Part shown: piece by piece, positions 36,101 through 38,340 of the stretch
How positions within the stretch are numbered: the first letter of the stretch is position 1
Layout of the letters: the number at the start of each line of letters is the position of its first letter
DNA from: Ministeria vibrans ATCC 50519
Taxonomy: Eukaryota > Protista > Filasterea
Assembly: GCA_943704425.1 (NCBI GenBank)
Contig: CALSCP010001426.1
Span: forward strand, 1 to 38,340
Reading direction: 5' to 3'
Length of the DNA stretch: 38,340 bases
Position numbers and translations under genes: made by a program
Notes under the pieces: generated by a model
Database searches by the model: none
What the model saw: only the letters and a program-made list of their open reading frames with translations
Told to the model about the DNA's origin: nothing

Positions 36101-37198
36101 TACCCTCGGGCTTGTATTGAGAGGGGGCAGGGACGTCGGGCACTATATATAAAAACATGGGTCACTGAACATTATCAGCTGATATTAAAAATAATAAATT
36201 TATTATTATTATTTATTATTAATTGTTGGATTGTTAATACGCGTTGAATAATTGGGCAGTTTGGTGCGTCCTTGGCACGTGTGCTGAATGGTGTCTGACC
36301 AACCATCCTTGGCACGGCGATTGACCTTTGGGTTGACCGCGGCGGGGCCAGCGCCGAGGCGCATTCCGTACAAATCTAAAGGGACCCAAGAAGATAAAAA
36401 AAGGTTGGGTCAAGCTTAGCTTGGACGTATTAAGGTGAACGATCGGAGTGTGGAATGATAGTGACAACTTATAAGTTGCAATAATAATACTAGTGAGAGC
36501 GGTCCTTTTTCGAGCCTGACCATGAGGCGTTGAATTAATCGGCGAGGAGGTGGTTGAATATGTAATTGGCGTGGTGGTGGTTTGGTGGTGGTTTGGTGGT
36601 TTGGGAATGTGTTGATTGTTTTACCTGTCTCGATGCCACCGACGGAAAGACGAGATCCAAACGAATAGGCGGGGCCTCGTTTGCGTCTAGGATCGTGCTG
36701 TTGACTCTGGCCAACGAGAGTGGGAAGCGCATATGTTCCTATTGAGAAGAGGAAGAGAAAAAAAGAATTGCAAAGTTAACAAAAGGTACTGAAATGACTC
36801 CTTTAGGAATAATCTGAGAGGAATCCGCTAGGCTGCATTCAGCACTAGACGGCATTATGTATACTCGCCACGTAAGGAGGTAGAAGAGAACACGCGGATG
36901 AAAAGCGGCGATGAATGAAAAATATTTGACATTCCTTGACAACGCGTCGGACGCGCCCAGCAACGCCCACGCACGAGTGGGTTTCGTGCAAACGGTATCA
37001 TGAGATGTGTGCCATCCACTGGTTAAGTGCAATGGCGAGTGCGAGCGTGTGCTTTTAGCGGCAATTCCAACGATGTGGGCGGGGGCACTTTCCTCACTTG
37101 GCATTGGGTGTTCCTTGGGTGTTTTTTTTTCTTTTTTTTTGTTAGCTCATACCAGGACCGGGGTTCGGCGGCTTTGAAGCAAAGCAATGCGATGGCAT
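30151..37198 (-). CDS. ODF3/SHIPPO-1/CIMAP1-like ciliary protein with PGP/PAP-x-x-Y repeats (6 exons, ~363 aa)
   Basis: Exons 37198-37153, 36738-36625, 36375-36241, 36142-36038, 35926-35687 and 30602-30151, all GT-AG and phase 1, splice in frame (1092 nt): MPSHCFASKPPNPGPGTYALPTLVG..RGPAYSFG..GAGPAAVNPK..VPAPSQY..APSYGFG..NPAPNAH..TPAPNTY..KEGKE|VNAYKTNTPAPHHY. Confidence 0.85.
30640..30759 (+). repeat. Left terminal inverted repeat
   Basis: Reverse complement of 35527-35646 with about 9 differences by manual alignment. Confidence 0.93.
30759..30795 (+). repeat. 37-bp GC hairpin motif, exact inverted copy at 35156-35192
   Basis: AAAGGAAAGGGGTACGGGGAAAACCTTGGTTTGCCCC. Stem GGGG-a-AAACC / GGTTT-g-CCCC. 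Confidence 0.9.
30796..31005. promoter_or_regulatory. Iteron-like GTTACT array (putative replication origin), degenerate direct copy at ~32870-32990
   Basis: Eight GTTACT/AGTAAC copies in direct and inverted orientation around TACTATCTATACACTCTAAAGA, ending in CTGCCTCTTTTC. Confidence 0.55.
31033..32694 (-). CDS. Four-TM pannexin/innexin/LRRC8-like large-pore channel homolog with helical C-terminal tail (intronless, ~553 aa)
   Basis: LPW-TM1, loop 1 with FACVP...WLNTRC, TM2 ending APHF, Y..C-TM3, loop 2 with FDCTV...ALCSV, TM4 followed by RWVF. Topology and Cys placement follow the pannexin-like fold. Confidence 0.65.
   Translation of the reverse strand: MESLVDRQYFNSLLGVPLPWFLRLLVYTSGFLIILNALSLFFPADFACVPVISSTNLSSTRAWLNTRCSVATEFGENRSNFEALNAGVFIAISLLVALLFFIILAPHFENVRNIVALTEIYIKEKKSSDLESVLANPIANMSAGAVRRSYTACLLSVILCLVSIIYIVLLFVYGIPLKKNTSFDCTVCADFTTSQFELKNGECDTYRSHFLYGSSMLNSTTFIYVQALCSVDHIMSFRLAVLVTAAILLLVCFTQTMRWVFSFGVYIKPSNWSSVALESTLATLYSGHDADSLDAFGLNLKGLFVFHFVRTWLNNFETAHQQYTEAMEEVRKGLDSIVMEKQKSELSSRLDLLKMTELREAIQNLLREAQNANISYPSLLEGISCLETLTSDHQQRGDQQSMRDYSRITSLLSSAKEKLSPLIEKMTSMLDEHSPGWQESIASLRHLVKIRNRAQSLNISCAFVDVPAKFQLLVQKMDSDYDHLNHLGVRASHHELQVFGRSLFEKFLKALQALSKQRYPNFTAYSEIDELSDDQSSAQPVDHTAVNVLQTLV
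33084..33464 (-). other. Short ORF or possible captured gene fragment overlapping the helicase 3' end
   Basis: 126-aa ORF with no recognised motif. Confidence 0.3.
33379..34779 (-). CDS. D5-like (poxvirus D5 / P4 alpha type) superfamily-3 helicase lacking the primase domain
   Basis: D5_N-like LPIANGACVDLRDGSIRERVKEDYF, Walker A GPDGNNGKS, Walker B TFAE, motif C LLIGNDKP, Arg finger MNRCKLMPF, and winged-helix-like AFRAYSEWC. Confidence 0.92.
   Translation of the reverse strand: MDNKELFSNGHTGASTIVENSGILILESDLMSGHLWNATTLLWEVKKKPQLLKIVNIILMEQYKLLLEPEQSKWMVDLKQKINGKSYLEAVYQLLGNLIRDENFHFNSSKNCLPIANGACVDLRDGSIRERVKEDYFDFTLDVTLTDNTTHAEKLFKSFLPPNDTDTLRRYQEQFGYMISPWNFMKCFFLMSGPDGNNGKSSLLKVLERILGSHLHTSVSESLFASMSSKVSNGPTPELIQVLNKHLGTFAEMSECVLNEKTIKIITGDDTISMRRMRDELFTVRLMVKMLLIGNDKPIWNHSEPMMNRCKLMPFNYMFVQKPTKPMERRRDEQFLDDILKKYLNEVFTFLVQGAVRVYKTKKFTESVFVNEEFTKYVSHLDTTQQFIKAKVSKSKNFVTNGDAFRAYSEWCSTNNYKTEKKGIFHKKMLKYKCPVLKNGGYEGYSIDLCCFRTALPRAHGRNDIG
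34852..35073 (-). CDS. Small viral-type zinc-ribbon/C2H2-like protein
   Basis: KEYNKRYYESHK followed by VECECG...NLWKHKQTKYH, a pattern typical of small NCLDV/PLV/virophage ORFs. Confidence 0.75.
   Translation of the reverse strand: MTNTKEYNKRYYESHKDKGRPDLYQPVECECGKTTTKSNLWKHKQTKYHKQFVTLTNHFNSKTLKHILLKADI
35193..35526. promoter_or_regulatory. Second iteron-like module with GTGTAA/TTACAC repeats
   Basis: Begins AAAAGAGGCAG (reverse complement of the CTGCCTCTTTT box), followed by a GGGGGCGC-T6-GCCCC hairpin and repeated GTGTAAAA/TTTTACAC. Confidence 0.5.
35527..35646 (-). repeat. Right terminal inverted repeat
   Basis: Reverse complement of 30640-30759. Confidence 0.93.
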
Positions 37199-37549
37199 GA
37201 TGGTTGACGCAGTAGAGACTAAGTGTTCTTATTTGGGAGAAAAAGAATGACGGAGTATGGACTATGGGAAGTGACTGAAAAGTGACTAGTGGACTACTCT
37301 TTTGATGTGTGCCCTTGCTTGCTGTGTGAGCGCATCTGTGGCTCTATGCCGGACGCCCTTATTGCCCTATGGGCTATGGGTGAAATTGGGTGAAATTGGT
37401 GGATTGGGTGCTCCATCTTCTTGAGGCTTCTTGGGGCGAGTGTATGATGGCGGAAGCACTAGCTAGATTACTCTTCAATGACAAACGATATTTGATTCCT
37501 ATATTTCCTTTTAATATTTTCACACACAAGTTGAGTGAACGTAGGCACT

Positions 37550-38230
37550 ATGCGCTCAGTGCCATTGACGATCGGCTGGATCGTGGCGCTCATGATCGGT
37601 GTGACGCAAGCGACTGTTTTGCGGACGTGTGTAGACAGCCGTTGTCGAGGTACGAAGAGAAGCATCAGCGGCGTGCACTTCGATGCAACAGCCCACCGCC
37701 GTGGGTGTCTACCGATCGCATCAGCGAAGAGCTGTTTATATGGATTGGTTTGACGTGGAACTTGACCTTTTTGATGCGATTGCGCTCTCGTCCCGTAGAA
37801 CCCATGATGCGCGTCGTCGTGACCGAGGCCCACGACGGACGAGGCGGCAGTATTCCGTTGAAGCCTGGGCAGGTCTTTCTGGTGTATTCGACTGAGGATA
37901 CGGGCATGATGTTCGCAGGTAGGGCGATGGAGAAAAAAAAAAAGAAATCCAGGAGAAAAAAAAAAACCAAAACTGAGATGATTTTGAGCAATGGCGACCA
38001 TTAAACGCTCGCTACTGTTCTGTGCAGAGGGTGATGAAACCCGTGGACTGATTCCTCACTCTAAAGTGGAGATATTGGAAGAGTTTGAACAGGGAAGGCG
38101 CACGCCTGTAGCACTTTCACGCAACATGAAGGATCAAGTGGCGGACTTGGACCAAGCACTCGCCGAATGGGACCCCTTGCTCGCGGCAATCAGTCGACAC
38201 GAGCTCAATAGCAGCCCTCAAACCGATGCA
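37550..38230 (+). CDS. Signal peptide plus MIA/OTOR/TANGO1-like extracellular SH3 (MOTH-like) protein, 5' part only
   Basis: Exons 37550-37649, 37799-37918 and 38028-38230 splice in frame: MRSVPLTIGWIVALMIGVTQATVLRTCVDSRCREPMMRVVVTEAHDGRGGSIPLKPGQVFLVYSTEDTGMMFAEGDETRGLIPHSKVEILEEF. Donor GTAAGA at 38231; the gene continues beyond the window. Confidence 0.72.
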
Positions 38231-38255
38231 GTAAGAGGATCGCTAATCATTTGCA

Positions 38256-38257
<2 letters not shown>

Positions 38258-38336
<79 letters not shown>
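38258..38336. repeat. (TG)n microsatellite (intronic)
   Basis: Pure TG run. Confidence 0.97.

Positions 38337-38340
<4 letters not shown>

Noticed and set aside
37390-38004. 204-aa ORF as a single-exon gene
   Set aside because: Only 37799-37918 looks coding; the rest reads through introns or UTR of the spliced SH3 gene.

Overview
Compact, intron-rich eukaryotic genomic DNA: GC-rich exons, short GT-AG introns, many microsatellites and two N gaps. The gene content (receptor tyrosine kinase, ODF3/SHIPPO ciliary protein) suggests a flagellated unicellular relative of animals. That is an inference; the species cannot be determined. Host genes reconstructed by hand: a giant RTK with a Notch-ligand-like ectodomain (signal peptide, C2, two DSL-like modules, sushi, at least 32 EGF, two cupredoxins, ZU5/HFS, TM, Tyr-rich linker, kinase), a DUF4349 protein, LSM10, an LRR protein, a GH33 sialidase, a GATA+PHD factor, a large multipass repeat protein, a TMUB-like protein, an HA-domain protein, an ODF3/CIMAP1-like gene and the 5' end of a MIA/TANGO1-like SH3 protein. 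The most striking structure is a ~5.0 kb element (30640-35646) bounded by ~120-bp terminal inverted repeats and lying entirely inside one intron of the ODF3-like gene. It carries intronless genes for a D5-like SF3 helicase, a small viral-type Zn-ribbon protein and a 4-TM pannexin/innexin/LRRC8-like channel. It also has iteron-like arrays and GC hairpins, but no recognisable integrase, transposase, polymerase or capsid. All family calls come from motif recognition by eye, not from database searches.
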